Assembly (NCBI GenBank): GCA_963590505.1
Contig: CAVAPC010000008.1
Location: 32,162 to 96,161 of the forward strand
Direction of reading: 5' to 3'
DNA length: 64,000 nucleotides
From: an uncultured Alistipes sp.
GTDB taxonomy: Bacteria; Bacteroidota; Bacteroidia; Bacteroidales; Bacteroidaceae
Each line of letters opens with the position of its first letter. Positions within the stretch are counted from its first letter, which is position 1. Made by a program: the position numbers and the translations under genes. Below are positions 1 through 11,200 of the stretch, piece after piece. The notes below the pieces were generated by a model. It was not told the DNA's origin and searched no databases. It saw nothing but the letters and a program-made list of their open reading frames with translations.

Positions 1-1467
1 AAACAAGGTAAAGTGTATGTTGCCGATGTTCCGGAATTTAACGGACGCCCGCTCGAATTCCGCCAATTATGGGTAAACGGCGTGAAAGCAGACCGTGCCC
101 GCGACGTTGCAGACTTTGAGAAAATGTACCGCATCTGTAGTGTTGATAAAAAGAAAGAAACTCTTTATGTTCCGGCAGCTGCAGTTAAGAAAATACAGAA
201 CGCCAAGCATGCCGAGATGGTGTTGCATGAGATGTGGTGTGTTGCCAACTTGCGCATAAAGGGCGTGAAAATACAGGGCGACAGTGCTGCCGTAACATTC
301 CATCAGCCTGAAAGCCATATCCATTTCATGCATCCATGGCCGTCGCCAATGGTGACTTCCGACGGTCACAACTCGGCGTTCTATCTCACCAATGCGCGTG
401 AATTGCTTGACAATCCCGGCGAATGGTATCTTGATGCACAGGCTCAGAAAGTTTACTATATGCCGCGTAAGGGCGAGAACATGGCCACTGCCGATGTTGA
501 AGTGCCTGCCGTAGAAACACTTCTTCGTGTTGAAGGAACTCCCGACAATCCTGTAAAGGATGTTGTTCTCGAAGGTATAACATTCAGCTACGCTACGTGG
601 ATGCGCCCGTCGATTAGCGGACATGCACCGCTTCAGGCGGGAATGTATATGACAGAAGCCTATAAACTGCGTCCGAAACAGGTTCGTCCCAACGGTGATC
701 ATAAGTTGGACAATCAAGGATGGGTGGGCAGACCTGCCGCTGCTGTAAGCGTGAACGCAGCTCAGAACGTTAGCTTCAAGTCTTGTGTCTTTGAGCATTG
801 CGCTTCAACCGGAGTGGAGTTTCATCAGTATACAAAAGGCGGAAGTATTGAACGTTGCACGCTACGTGACATCGGCGGCAATGGCATACTCGCAGGCAGC
901 TTTGGTCCTGAAGCACACGAAGCCCATTTGCCATACAATCCGAGTGACACAAGGATAATATGCACTGGACTTTCGATAGAAAACAACTTGATTACTGATG
1001 TGACCAACGAAGATTGGGGTTGTGTCGGCATAGGAGCCGGTTTCGTGCGCGATATACGTATCTGCCACAACGAGATAAACGAAGTCTCTTACACGGGAAT
1101 CAGTATGGGTTGGGGCTGGAACCAGCAAGCTTGTTCAATGGCTAACAATCTTGTGCAAGGCAATCTCATTCATCACTACGCCAAACACATGTATGATACA
1201 GCGGGAATCTATACGTTAGGCTCGCAGCCGCATTCGCTAATAGAGGGAAATGTGGTGCGTGACATATATTCTCCTGGTTATGCTCACGATCCAAACCATT
1301 GGTTTTACCTTTATACCGACGAGGGTTCTTCCTGTATTACGGTAAAGAACAACTGGACACCTGCCGAGAAGTACTTGAAAAACGCAAACGGACCGTGTAA
1401 CATTTGGGAAAACAATGGTCCGACGGTGGCAGACAGCATAAAGGCTAAGGCCGGTATACAGAAATAG
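1..1467 (+). CDS. right-handed parallel beta-helix carbohydrate-active enzyme, N-terminus outside window (GH141-like candidate)
   Basis: Frame 1 is open from nt 1, so the M at nt 13 is probably internal. Short beta-helix rungs are visible: NNLITDVTNEDWGCVGIGAGFVRDIRICHNEINEVSYTGISMGWGW, VQGNLIHH, IEGNVVRDIY. It sits next to other pectin-type glycanases. Confidence 0.6.
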   Translation, partial: KQGKVYVADVPEFNGRPLEFRQLWVNGVKADRARDVADFEKMYRICSVDKKKETLYVPAAAVKKIQNAKHAEMVLHEMWCVANLRIKGVKIQGDSAAVTFHQPESHIHFMHPWPSPMVTSDGHNSAFYLTNARELLDNPGEWYLDAQAQKVYYMPRKGENMATADVEVPAVETLLRVEGTPDNPVKDVVLEGITFSYATWMRPSISGHAPLQAGMYMTEAYKLRPKQVRPNGDHKLDNQGWVGRPAAAVSVNAAQNVSFKSCVFEHCASTGVEFHQYTKGGSIERCTLRDIGGNGILAGSFGPEAHEAHLPYNPSDTRIICTGLSIENNLITDVTNEDWGCVGIGAGFVRDIRICHNEINEVSYTGISMGWGWNQQACSMANNLVQGNLIHHYAKHMYDTAGIYTLGSQPHSLIEGNVVRDIYSPGYAHDPNHWFYLYTDEGSSCITVKNNWTPAEKYLKNANGPCNIWENNGPTVADSIKAKAGIQK

Positions 1468-1612
1468 TATGTCTTTTCCACGATTCTTTAATACGGTAAG
1501 ACAGGTGTTCCACAAAGTTTAATATAGCGAGGTGATTTATTATAGAACAATCCTAAAGATACTTATTGCTTTTCGCTAAAATTAAGACTAGCAATAAAGC
1601 AATTATACTAGG

Positions 1613-1658
1613 GGAGGATATTTTCGGCTAGCAAGACTATCTGCTGAAAATATCCTCC
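1613..1658 (+). terminator. Rho-independent terminator candidate
   Basis: Perfect 13-bp inverted repeat GGAGGATATTTTC (1613-1625) / GAAAATATCCTCC (1646-1658), followed by TTGCTTTTTGTGTTTTC. It lies downstream of the CDS ending at 1467. Confidence 0.6.
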
Positions 1659-1820
1659 TTGCTTTTTGTGTTTTCTGAAATCAGAATGTGTCGGTAGAAG
1701 CTGTGCTGAGTCTTAACCGCAAGCCTCGATATGATGCGCTCGTTCGATTCACAATTTTACGTTGAACGAACATTCTGACGACTTGGCCTTTCGTTTAAGG
1801 CAAAATAAACGCAATTATAA

Positions 1821-1842
1821 GCAAATCGAATAACCGATTTGC
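1821..1842. promoter_or_regulatory. palindrome, candidate operator upstream of the MFS transporter
   Basis: GCAAATCG (1821-1828) / CGATTTGC (1835-1842), perfect 8-bp arms with a 6-nt spacer, about 120 bp upstream of the ATG at 1960. Confidence 0.2.
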
Positions 1843-1959
1843 ATTAAAAACAAGTTACATATTACACGTGCATACGTTATAATATATAGGCGGCATGATG
1901 TACTGTCATATTCTTTCAGCCGCAAGTAAAAACCGGAAAATTAAATTTAAATCGAAATT

Positions 1960-3327
1960 ATGGGAACAAATAAAGGAAGTTTAAAAAGTACGATAGCCGT
2001 GTCGCTTACTAACTATCTTGATGCAGGCGCTATTGTGGCAGGAGCAAGTGGACTCTCGCTGTGGCAGAGTTATCTTGGATTGACAGAGGTGCACCTCGGT
2101 TTTCTGAATGCTATAAGCGCCAATTGTCTTGGCGCGGCAATTGGAGCCATCATAGGTGGATTTCTTGCCGATAAGTACGGACGCAAGGCAATCTATACCT
2201 ATAATATGCTCATATACATGCTTGGAGTGTTGTTTATTGTGTTTACAATGAATTTTCCCATGCTGCTCGCCGGTTTTCTTATAACTGGAATAAGCGTAGG
2301 TGTTGGTGTGCCTGCCTCGTGGACATACATCTCTGAAAGTTCAGAAGTGGGTAATCGCGGTCGCAATATAGGTATATCGCAAATGGCATGGGGCATCGGT
2401 CCGCTCATCATCCTGTTGCTTGGCTGGTTTTTGGCGCCACCTTCCAACGGGGCTGAGGCTGGTTTCCTTTTCCCGTTAGTCAGCCGTTCGGCAAGTGAGA
2501 TACTTGGTGCTGGAGCTCCCGAAGCGGCAATCAATGTGTTCAGCAGTCGTATTGTGTTTGCATCACTTTTCGTCGTAGCCTTGATCGCATGGTTGCTGCA
2601 GCGTCAGCTTGACGAATCGGCGGAATGGAAAGCTGCACAGACAGAAACGCAAGGGAAAGAGAAGAAAGGAGTATTCTCGTCTTTCGGAACTCTCTTCCGC
2701 AACAAGGTAAATGTGCGCACAATGTTGTTCCTGGCAGGCATGTATCTTACCTGGAACTTGGTTAGTTCTGTTATGGGATTCTTTCAGCAGCATATATATG
2801 AAACTGCGGGCGGCCTTTCCAACGGAGAGGCAAACATGCTTTCTGCCGGTCAGTGGGTGATAATCATCGGTATGACATTTGTCTTTTCAATGCTTGTTGA
2901 CAAAGTAAACCAGCGTGGTTTGTATATCGTTGGCGTCGGTGCAGCAGTGTTGGCATGGGTGATGATTGTTACTGTAGGTATCGGCAGCATGAGCGGACTG
3001 TTGTTCTTCACCCTTCTTTGGGGTATACAAGGAGGAATCTCCGTTCAAGGTTTCTATGCTCTGTGGGCATCTGAATTGTTTCCAGCCAAATACAGAGCTG
3101 CGGCACAGGGCGTAATGTTCTTTATGGTGCGCGGTCTGTCTGCTGTTTGGGGACTGGTATTTGTCTATATCTATGGTGAGCAAGGTGAAGGCTTCACGCT
3201 TGCTGCCTATCTGATGATGGCATTGCTCATCGTTTCCTTGCTTATCGGAGCGATATGGACGCCCAAGACGCGCGGAAAGTCGCTGGAACAGATAACAGAG
3301 GAAAGATACGGTAAAAACGTTGACTGA
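1960..3327 (+). CDS. MFS transporter, sugar-porter type
   Basis: 455 aa with about 12 hydrophobic segments. Loop 2-3 signature LADKYGRKA and late signature ELFPAKYRAAAQG are typical of sugar-porter MFS proteins. Central hydrophilic loop present. Confidence 0.8.
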   Translation: MGTNKGSLKSTIAVSLTNYLDAGAIVAGASGLSLWQSYLGLTEVHLGFLNAISANCLGAAIGAIIGGFLADKYGRKAIYTYNMLIYMLGVLFIVFTMNFPMLLAGFLITGISVGVGVPASWTYISESSEVGNRGRNIGISQMAWGIGPLIILLLGWFLAPPSNGAEAGFLFPLVSRSASEILGAGAPEAAINVFSSRIVFASLFVVALIAWLLQRQLDESAEWKAAQTETQGKEKKGVFSSFGTLFRNKVNVRTMLFLAGMYLTWNLVSSVMGFFQQHIYETAGGLSNGEANMLSAGQWVIIIGMTFVFSMLVDKVNQRGLYIVGVGAAVLAWVMIVTVGIGSMSGLLFFTLLWGIQGGISVQGFYALWASELFPAKYRAAAQGVMFFMVRGLSAVWGLVFVYIYGEQGEGFTLAAYLMMALLIVSLLIGAIWTPKTRGKSLEQITEERYGKNVD

Positions 3328-3343
3328 TTACGGTTATAGTAAT

Positions 3344-3386
3344 TTGCTGTCCCTTTGCGTGGCGTATGCCAGTCGGGGGACAGCAA
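3344..3386 (+). terminator. stem-loop between the MFS and rhamnosidase-like genes (terminator or attenuator candidate)
   Basis: TTGCTGTCCC (3344-3353) / GGGACAGCAA (3377-3386), a 10-bp perfect stem followed by TATTTGTAATAT. Confidence 0.4.
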
Positions 3387-3417
3387 TATTTGTAATATAA
3401 AAAACATTCGAGCATAG

Positions 3418-5532
3418 ATGGAAAACAAGAAAAATGTCGACCAGGCAACATGGATATGGTATCCTGGAGACTTCGAAATATGGCTTGGAAACAAGTTCAA
3501 CAATCGTCGTACTGAGCGCGGGGCTATGTTCCCGCCTTTTTGGAAGCAGGACAGTCATTATGTAACGGTTGAATTTTCTACAATGGTAACGCTTCAGCAG
3601 CATGAAACGATAAGCATAGCAGCGGAAGGAGACTTCAATCTGATGGTTGACGGCAAACTGCAGTTCGGTATGCCTGCGCGTTTCACCTTGTCTCCCGGCG
3701 AACACTCTCTCAACATCAAGGTGCACAATCAGCATACTCCCCCCGCACTTTTCGTAAAGGGAAAGACTATAAAGACAAACAAATCTTGGCTCGCCACATA
3801 TGAGGACAAAATATGGATTGATGAGAACGGAGAGGCACACGGTTCGGGCGTGTATGTACCGGCGGCTTCGTGGAATTTCAACAAAATGACGACACCACCG
3901 TCTGCATTTCAACTTCAACGTACCAGACTCCAGGCTATTGATTTTAAAATTGTGAGCAGAAAAGCTTGCGTTTATGATTTTGGTCTGGAAACTTTTGGTT
4001 ATCCGCTTCTTGTCTCTCTCCGCGGAAAAGGTCGAATTAGCCTTTATTATGGCGAGAGCTTAGAGGAAGCAACAGATAAAGAACATTGCGAGACACTTGA
4101 TCATATAAATGTTGACAACGTTGAGCCATTGGATTATATGGTGAAAGGCTCTAAGGCCTTCAGGTTTGTGTTAGTGGAAATTAAAGGCGACGTTGAATAT
4201 GATACGCTTGATTATTACTACGAATATTCCGGATTCAACAAGAATCGCAGTGGCAACTTCAGGTGCAATGACAAATTGCTTAACCGCATTTGGGACATAG
4301 CGGCCTATACGATGGATCTTACTACAAGGGAATTTTTTGTTGATGGAATAAAGCGTGACAGATGGACGTGGTCGGGAGACGCCATACAGTCGTACTTGAT
4401 GAATTATTACCTAAGATTCGATTCCGACTGCGTGCGTCGCACAATACGGCAGCTCAGAGGAAAGGATCCCGTAACGGCACACGTGAATACAATAATGGAT
4501 TACACGTTCTATTGGTTTAAGTCAGTTTACGATTTCTATCAATATACAGGCGATATAGACTTCGTTCGCGAAATTTATCCCCGCATGCAAACACTGATGC
4601 AGTATGTTTTGCAGCGAACCAACGCTGAGGGGATGGCGGAAGGCAAGCCTGACGACTGGATATTCGTTGATTGGGTGGATTTCCCCATGCACAAACGCGG
4701 CACTTTGTGTTTCGAGCAAATTCTCTTTTGCAAAGCTCTGCAAACAATGGCTCTGTGTGCAGACACGTTGGCGCATAATCCTGTGGAAAATCCGCCTCAA
4801 GGCAGCATAACGGTTGGACAGTATCTTGAAGATGCCGCCAAGTACAACGCTCTTGCCGATGCACTCCACAAAAAACTAAAGCCAACATTTTGGGACGCAA
4901 AGGCACAGGCGTTCATGCACGCCATTGAAGACGGACAGATGAACCGAGACATTACGATGTTCCCTAACATGTTTGCTGTGATTTATGACATGGTGAGCGA
5001 AGAAGACAAGCGCACTATAATTACATCGGTATTGCATAATCCCAATGTTCAACCTATAACTACGCCATATATGCGTTTCTATGAGTTGGAAGCGTTGGGA
5101 GAACTCGGTGAACAGGAAAGGATGTTGAAGGAAATACTCTCTTACTGGGGAGGAATGTGCCTGCTCGGTGCAACTTCTTTTTGGGAGAAATACGTTCCAA
5201 GCGACAGTGGTGCCGAGCATCTTGCCATGTATGGCCGTCCTTATGGCAAGAGCCTTTGCCATGCATGGGGGGCAAGTCCCGTTTATTTGCTTGGAAAATA
5301 TTTTCTTGGAATAAAGCCAACTAAACCTGGATACACCGAATATGAAGTGAAACCTGTGCTCGGAGGACTGCAATGGATGAAAGGAAGCGTGCCAACGCCC
5401 TTCGGACTTATAAAAGTAACGATGAACAGTAAAACAATTACAGTGAAGAGCGATGGCGGAAAAGGAACGCTTGTGGTTGGAAACAAGAGCTACGACATCC
5501 CCGCAGGCAAAGAGATAGAAATTGATTACTAG
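3418..5532 (+). CDS. alpha-L-rhamnosidase-like (alpha/alpha)6 glycoside hydrolase (GH78-like)
   Basis: 704 aa. KRDRWTWSGDA resembles the GH78 R-E/D-R-x-G-W-x-GD motif. The C-terminal half (FWEKY, SLCHAWGASPVYLL) looks like a six-hairpin glycosidase. No signal peptide seen. Confidence 0.6.
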   Translation: MENKKNVDQATWIWYPGDFEIWLGNKFNNRRTERGAMFPPFWKQDSHYVTVEFSTMVTLQQHETISIAAEGDFNLMVDGKLQFGMPARFTLSPGEHSLNIKVHNQHTPPALFVKGKTIKTNKSWLATYEDKIWIDENGEAHGSGVYVPAASWNFNKMTTPPSAFQLQRTRLQAIDFKIVSRKACVYDFGLETFGYPLLVSLRGKGRISLYYGESLEEATDKEHCETLDHINVDNVEPLDYMVKGSKAFRFVLVEIKGDVEYDTLDYYYEYSGFNKNRSGNFRCNDKLLNRIWDIAAYTMDLTTREFFVDGIKRDRWTWSGDAIQSYLMNYYLRFDSDCVRRTIRQLRGKDPVTAHVNTIMDYTFYWFKSVYDFYQYTGDIDFVREIYPRMQTLMQYVLQRTNAEGMAEGKPDDWIFVDWVDFPMHKRGTLCFEQILFCKALQTMALCADTLAHNPVENPPQGSITVGQYLEDAAKYNALADALHKKLKPTFWDAKAQAFMHAIEDGQMNRDITMFPNMFAVIYDMVSEEDKRTIITSVLHNPNVQPITTPYMRFYELEALGELGEQERMLKEILSYWGGMCLLGATSFWEKYVPSDSGAEHLAMYGRPYGKSLCHAWGASPVYLLGKYFLGIKPTKPGYTEYEVKPVLGGLQWMKGSVPTPFGLIKVTMNSKTITVKSDGGKGTLVVGNKSYDIPAGKEIEIDY

Positions 5533-5563
5533 CATTCACAGACAAACAACATAACTCTAAGAC

Positions 5564-8236
5564 ATGAATTTAAAAGAAACAGCATTTGCCTTGGGAACAG
5601 TCGCAATACTGTCGGCCTGTGGCGGAAACAAGATTACTACAGTCTCAACACTGCAGCAACTTCCACAGACAGATTATGCTTCATCAATAATTTCCGGCAA
5701 TATCGCAAGCATGCCAAAGGGCTACAGAATAAGTATCGGAGTGGCCGAAGACACAGTAGGCAAGCCACATGAGGGCTTTTCCATCTTTAAAAAAGGAAGA
5801 AACATACGCATTGTCGGCAACGACGCTTCGGGAGCAATCTACGGAGCCAACAGACTTGTTGAATATTGCAGGCAAAACAATTCGCTTGAGATACCTTATA
5901 CTATTGTCGACGCACCGGAGATGAAATTGCGCGGAGCTTGTGTAGGACTACAGAAGACTGTTTATTTGCCCGGACACAAGGTATATGAATATCCTTATAC
6001 GCCAGAAAATTTTCCATGGTTCTACGATAAGGAACTGTGGGTTAAGTATCTTGATATGCTTGCCGCAGACAACATGAATGCAGTGTTTCTGTGGAACGGA
6101 CATCCATTTGCGTCATTGGTGAAACTCAAGGACTATCCGTTTGCACCAGAGGTTGATGATGCTACGATGAAGAAGAACCAGGAAATGTTTTCGTTCCTTA
6201 CAACTGAAGCAAGCAAGAGAGGCATAAGGGTCATACAGATGTTTTACAATATCATAGTGTCGAAGCCTTTTGCCGACCACTATGGTATAAAAACGCAAGA
6301 CCGCAACCGTCCTATAACTCCGCTCATTGCTGATTATACGCGCAAGAGTATCGCTGCGTTTATAGAAAACTATCCAAATGTAGGTTTCCTCGTTTGCCTT
6401 GGAGAAGCAATGTCCGGCATTGAGAACGATATCAAGTGGATGAACGAAACCATTATCCCGGGAATAAAAGACGGTTTGCGTGCATCCGGACGCAACGATG
6501 AACCGCCAATAATCCTGCGCTCTCACGATACTGACGGACCGCGCGTTCTTCGTGAAGCACTGCCACACTATGGCAACATCTATACGATGAGCAAGTATAC
6601 CGGTGAGTCGCTTACTACATATCAGCCGCAAGGACCATGGGCAGAGACGCATCGTCAGCTTGCCGCCGCCGCACCGATTCATATAAGCAATGTTCATATA
6701 CTTGCCAATCTTGAGCCCTGGCGTTGGAGTTCGCCCGCATTTGTCGAGAAAACCGTGCAGGCAATGCACAATGTTCATCATGCAAACGGACTTCATCTGT
6801 ATCCGCAGGCAAATTACTGGGACTGGCCATACTCTGCCGACAAACTGCCGGACGGAACTAGGGAACTGCAGATTGACCGCGACTGGATGTGGTATTCGGC
6901 ATGGGGACGCTACGCATGGAACTGTCATAGGGGAGATGACAAAAGTTACTGGAAGAAAACACTGGCAGAATACTATGGTGTTGACACGCTCAAAGCCGCA
7001 CGCATACTTGAAGCATATGACGAGAGCGGAGAAATAGCCCCAAAATTGATACGCCGTTTCGGAATAACGGAGGGTAACCGCCAGTGTCTGCTCCTCGGAA
7101 TGAAGATGAGCCAGCTTGTAAATCCATACAAGTACACCATCTATCCAGGCTTTTATGAAAGCTGCGGACCCACAGGCGAGAAACTGATAGAGTATGTCGA
7201 GAAAGAGTGGAAACATGAAAAGCATGTTGGCGAATTGCCCCTTGACATTGTTGAACAGTGTGCGGAACACGGCGACAAGGCAGTGGCAGCCCTTGAGGGA
7301 CTGTCTTCCGACGTTACGAGGAACGTAGACGAATTCAAAAGACTTGTAAATGATATCCGCTGTTACCGCGATTTCGCTTATTCATTCAAGTATAAGGTGC
7401 TTGCAGCCGAGCAAGTGCTTAACTACAAGTGGAGCAAGCAAACGTCTTATCTGAACAAAGCATTGCCTTTGCTTGAAAAAAGCAACGAGTTTTATAGCCA
7501 ACTTGTTGAGAAGACAAAGGACACATACTACAATGCAAACAGTATGCTGACTTCGCAACGCCGTATTCCTGTGGGAGGTGACGCCGGGAAATATTCTACG
7601 TGGAAGGAAATGATGCCGGTTTACCAGGAAGAGTATGACAATCTGAAGAAGAATACGGATGATCTCACTTCAACAGGTTCGATTACTGCGGTCACTCCAG
7701 TAATAGTAAAAGCAAACGACGCTCTAGGCGGTAAGGCTGGCGCCAAGAATGCGTGCGTAAAACTTGTGGGCAACGTCAAAACCGTGAGTCTTGTGAAGGG
7801 AGCACGCCTTTTTGAAGGCCGCGATGAAGCGGTAGATACAGTGGCTAAGGAGCTGGCAGGTATGAAAGCACTCGTTCTGAACCGTGACACAGCGCGCGAA
7901 AAGGGAATCACGGTTGAGTTTGATGCAGCCCGTCCTGTAAAGATGCTTGTTGGCTTCTATGTTGACGACCAGACTAAATTCGCTCGCCCGCCCAAACTTG
8001 AAGTAGATGCCACGGGAAATGAATACGGCCAGGCGGAACCTGTTTTGAGCAATGCTCTTATAATGACGAATATGCCTGTGGCAAACATACACGCCTACCA
8101 TTTCGGCGCGGGTCACCATGTGATAAATTTGCCAAAAGGCATAATAATGGTGGCAGGATTCACAGAAACGGACATAAAGATTCGTGATGCAAAATTAAAC
8201 GGCGCAGGAACAGAAGTTGACTGGCTGTTTATGTAA
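5564..8236 (+). CDS. lipoprotein, putative glycoside hydrolase (family not assignable by eye; GH138-like is a hypothesis)
   Basis: 890 aa. Lipoprotein signal MNLKETAFALGTVAILSAC. The N-terminal segment FSIFKKGRNIRIVGNDASGAIYGANRLVEY resembles N-domains of GH20/GH67-type enzymes. It probably sits in one operon with its GH neighbours (31-bp and 48-bp gaps). Confidence 0.45.
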   Translation: MNLKETAFALGTVAILSACGGNKITTVSTLQQLPQTDYASSIISGNIASMPKGYRISIGVAEDTVGKPHEGFSIFKKGRNIRIVGNDASGAIYGANRLVEYCRQNNSLEIPYTIVDAPEMKLRGACVGLQKTVYLPGHKVYEYPYTPENFPWFYDKELWVKYLDMLAADNMNAVFLWNGHPFASLVKLKDYPFAPEVDDATMKKNQEMFSFLTTEASKRGIRVIQMFYNIIVSKPFADHYGIKTQDRNRPITPLIADYTRKSIAAFIENYPNVGFLVCLGEAMSGIENDIKWMNETIIPGIKDGLRASGRNDEPPIILRSHDTDGPRVLREALPHYGNIYTMSKYTGESLTTYQPQGPWAETHRQLAAAAPIHISNVHILANLEPWRWSSPAFVEKTVQAMHNVHHANGLHLYPQANYWDWPYSADKLPDGTRELQIDRDWMWYSAWGRYAWNCHRGDDKSYWKKTLAEYYGVDTLKAARILEAYDESGEIAPKLIRRFGITEGNRQCLLLGMKMSQLVNPYKYTIYPGFYESCGPTGEKLIEYVEKEWKHEKHVGELPLDIVEQCAEHGDKAVAALEGLSSDVTRNVDEFKRLVNDIRCYRDFAYSFKYKVLAAEQVLNYKWSKQTSYLNKALPLLEKSNEFYSQLVEKTKDTYYNANSMLTSQRRIPVGGDAGKYSTWKEMMPVYQEEYDNLKKNTDDLTSTGSITAVTPVIVKANDALGGKAGAKNACVKLVGNVKTVSLVKGARLFEGRDEAVDTVAKELAGMKALVLNRDTAREKGITVEFDAARPVKMLVGFYVDDQTKFARPPKLEVDATGNEYGQAEPVLSNALIMTNMPVANIHAYHFGAGHHVINLPKGIIMVAGFTETDIKIRDAKLNGAGTEVDWLFM

Positions 8237-8284
8237 GAAGAAAGATGTTGCCTTTGGGCATATTAAACAATCACTCTAAACAAG

Positions 8285-11200
8285 ATGAAAAGACTTTATA
8301 TCATATTAACTCTCAGTGTCGTTTTTGCGCTGAACATAACTGCCGCACGCAAGCAACGTTCTCCACAGAAGGCAAGAACGGTAAGCCAGACTGAGATGCA
8401 GAAGATTTACGACAGTGCAAAGACGCCTTACAAGTTCGGACTTGTTGTAGCGCCACAAGACAACAGTCATAAAATAGACTGTCCTACCGTCTTCTCAAAA
8501 GACGGCAAATGGTTTATGACATATGTCTGCTATAATGGCAAGAGCGGCACCGACGGACGAGGCTATGAAACATGGCTCGCCACTAGCAATGACCTTCTTC
8601 ATTGGACAACACTAGGGCGCATTCTTGAATTTTCAGATTCCGGATGGGACAAAAACCAGCGTGGAGGATTCCCCTCTCTCGTTGACTGGAACTGGGGCGG
8701 AAGCTATGGCATTGAAAAATACAAGGGACATTACTGGATGACTTATATAGGAGGCGAGGGCACAGGCTATGAGGCTGTGAACGCTCCGCTCAGCATCGGA
8801 CTTGCTTCAACGCGTGGCGATGTTACAACGGCTCATCCTTGGGAAACGCTCGACAAGCCGATACTTTCGTATAACGAGAAGAACGCACAATGGTGGGAGC
8901 AGATGACGCAGTATAAAAGCACAGTTTACCGCGTAGACAAAAAGCTTTTCGGATACCAGTTTATGATGTACTACAACGCCGGCGGAAAGAATGCTTCTCA
9001 TCCAAAGGGTGAGCGTATCGGAGTGGCTTTCTCAAACGACATGAAGAAGTGGACACGCTATAGCGGAAATCCTATATTTGCCCACGACACCGATGGAACC
9101 ATAACCGGTGACGCTCAGATCGTGAAGATGGGCAGCATGTACGTGATGTTTTATTTCTCTGCTTTCAATCCGACACGCGAGTATTATGCCTACAACACTT
9201 TTGCCGCAAGCTACGATCTGATTCATTGGACCGACTGGCAAGGCGCTGATCTTATCGTGCCTTCCAAGCCGTATGACGAAATGTTCGCCCACAAAAGTTA
9301 CGTTGTGAAGCATGATGGAGTAGTTTACCATTTCTATTGCGCCGTAAACAACAGCGGACAGCGAGGCATCGCCGTTGCTACCAGCATGCCTATGGGCAAG
9401 AGCGAAGTGAATTTCCCCGCACCCGAGCCTGTGGGCAAACGCATCACGAAAAATATCGACGGTAAATGGCAAATTACTTTCAACGGTGAAACGTTTACAA
9501 GGAACGTTCCTTTCAATCTTGACGACTATTACGGCGCATTGCAAAAGGAACATGGAAATCTTCACGGCAAAGCGGTATTCAAAAAATCTTTCACTGCTCC
9601 CGCATTTGAAGACAAGGAGTATTTCCTGCGTTTCGAAGGCGTTGGCACATATTGCGACATATTGCTTAACGGTAAGAAACTGGGTTCGTATGACATAGGG
9701 CGCACTACGGAAACCATAGACATAACGGCAAACGTTTTGAAAGGACAGGAAAACAAACTGGAAGTGCGCGTCTCCCATCCAAAAGGCATTACAGATATGC
9801 CGTGGGTCTGTGGCGGATGCAGTTCCGAATGGGGATTCAGCGAAGGTTCGCAGCCTTTCGGTATATTCAGACCCGTTGAACTTGAAATAACGGACAAGGT
9901 CCGTATCGAACCTTTTGGCGTTCATGTCTGGAGCAATCAAAACACCGACAGTGTGTTTGTTGAGACCGAATTGAAAAACTATGATGCTAAAAGCGTTACA
10001 GTCTCACTGGTAAACAAATTGAGCGAATCTACGGGAAAACAAGTCGTACGCCTTACAGACGAAGTGACATTGCTCCCTGGTGAAACGAGAACCGTCAGAC
10101 AGCAGGCTGCTGTGGTCAATCCGAAATTGTGGTCACAGGAGAAACCTTATCTGTATAACTTGAACACTATGGTAAAGCGCGACGGAAAAGCAACAGACGA
10201 CCTGCTTACACCTTTCGGATTCCGCACCATTTCATGGCCTCTTACTCGCAACGACGGTGATAAGCGTTTCTTCCTGAACGGCACGCCTGTCTATATAAAT
10301 GGCGTATGCGAATACGAACATCTGTTTGGACAGAGCCACGCTTTCAGCAACGAGCAGATAGAGGCACGCATAAAAGAAGTAAAAGATGCCGGTTTCAATG
10401 CTTTCCGCGACGCCCACCAGCCACACAATCTTTACTACAAACAGTTGATTGACAAAGAGGGCCTTCTGTGGTGGCCGCAATTCTCTGCGCATATTTGGTA
10501 CGACACGCCACAATTCAAGGAGAGTTTCAAGCGACATCTCGTGAAATGGGTGAAAGAGCGGCGCAACTCCCCTTCGATAATATTGTGGGGACTTCAGAAT
10601 GAGAGCACCATACCTGCCGATTTTGCAAAAGAATGCAGCGATATAATCCGTAGCCTTGATCCGACATGCGGCACGCAGCGTCTTATAACGACATGTAACG
10701 GTGGAGAAGGAACAGACTGGAATGTAGTTCAGAATTGGAGCGGCACTTACGGAGGAAAAATTGACGATTATGCTCGTGAACTTTCACGCGACGACCAACT
10801 CTTGAACGGTGAGTACGGAGCTTGGCGCACACTTGGCAACCACACAGGCGAGCGCTATACGGAAGAAAAGCAGTGTGATATACTTGAGCGCAAGGTTCAA
10901 CTTGCCGAAAGCGTAAAGGACAGCGTCTGCGGACAGTTCTTGTGGACATTGCAAAGTCACGACAATCCTGGCCGTCGTCAGCCGGAAGAAGGATTGCGAA
11001 TGATAGACAAGGTGGGGCCGTTCAACCACAAAGGGCTGTTTACTGCATGGGAGCAGCCTACAGATGCATATTATATGTACAAGTCACATTACGTAAGTGC
11101 AGACGCAGATCCAGTGGTTTACATCGTGCCGGGGCTTCACAGCGACAGTATCCGCGTTTACAGTAACTGCGAGAAGGTGACACTTTCTTGTGGAAACTGG

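Noticed and set aside
6113-7270. 385-aa minus-strand ORF inside the 890-aa lipoprotein hydrolase gene
   Set aside because: It is an antisense shadow ORF with no recognisable domain. The plus-strand frame is continuous over 890 codons with a lipoprotein signal and operon context.
9032-9940. 302-aa minus-strand ORF and other long antisense ORFs (for example 4876-5535, 14301-14975, 23961-24416, 41478-42014, 42465-42974, 62283-62738)
   Set aside because: All are nested antisense within much longer motif-bearing genes, and none shows a recognisable domain or signal.
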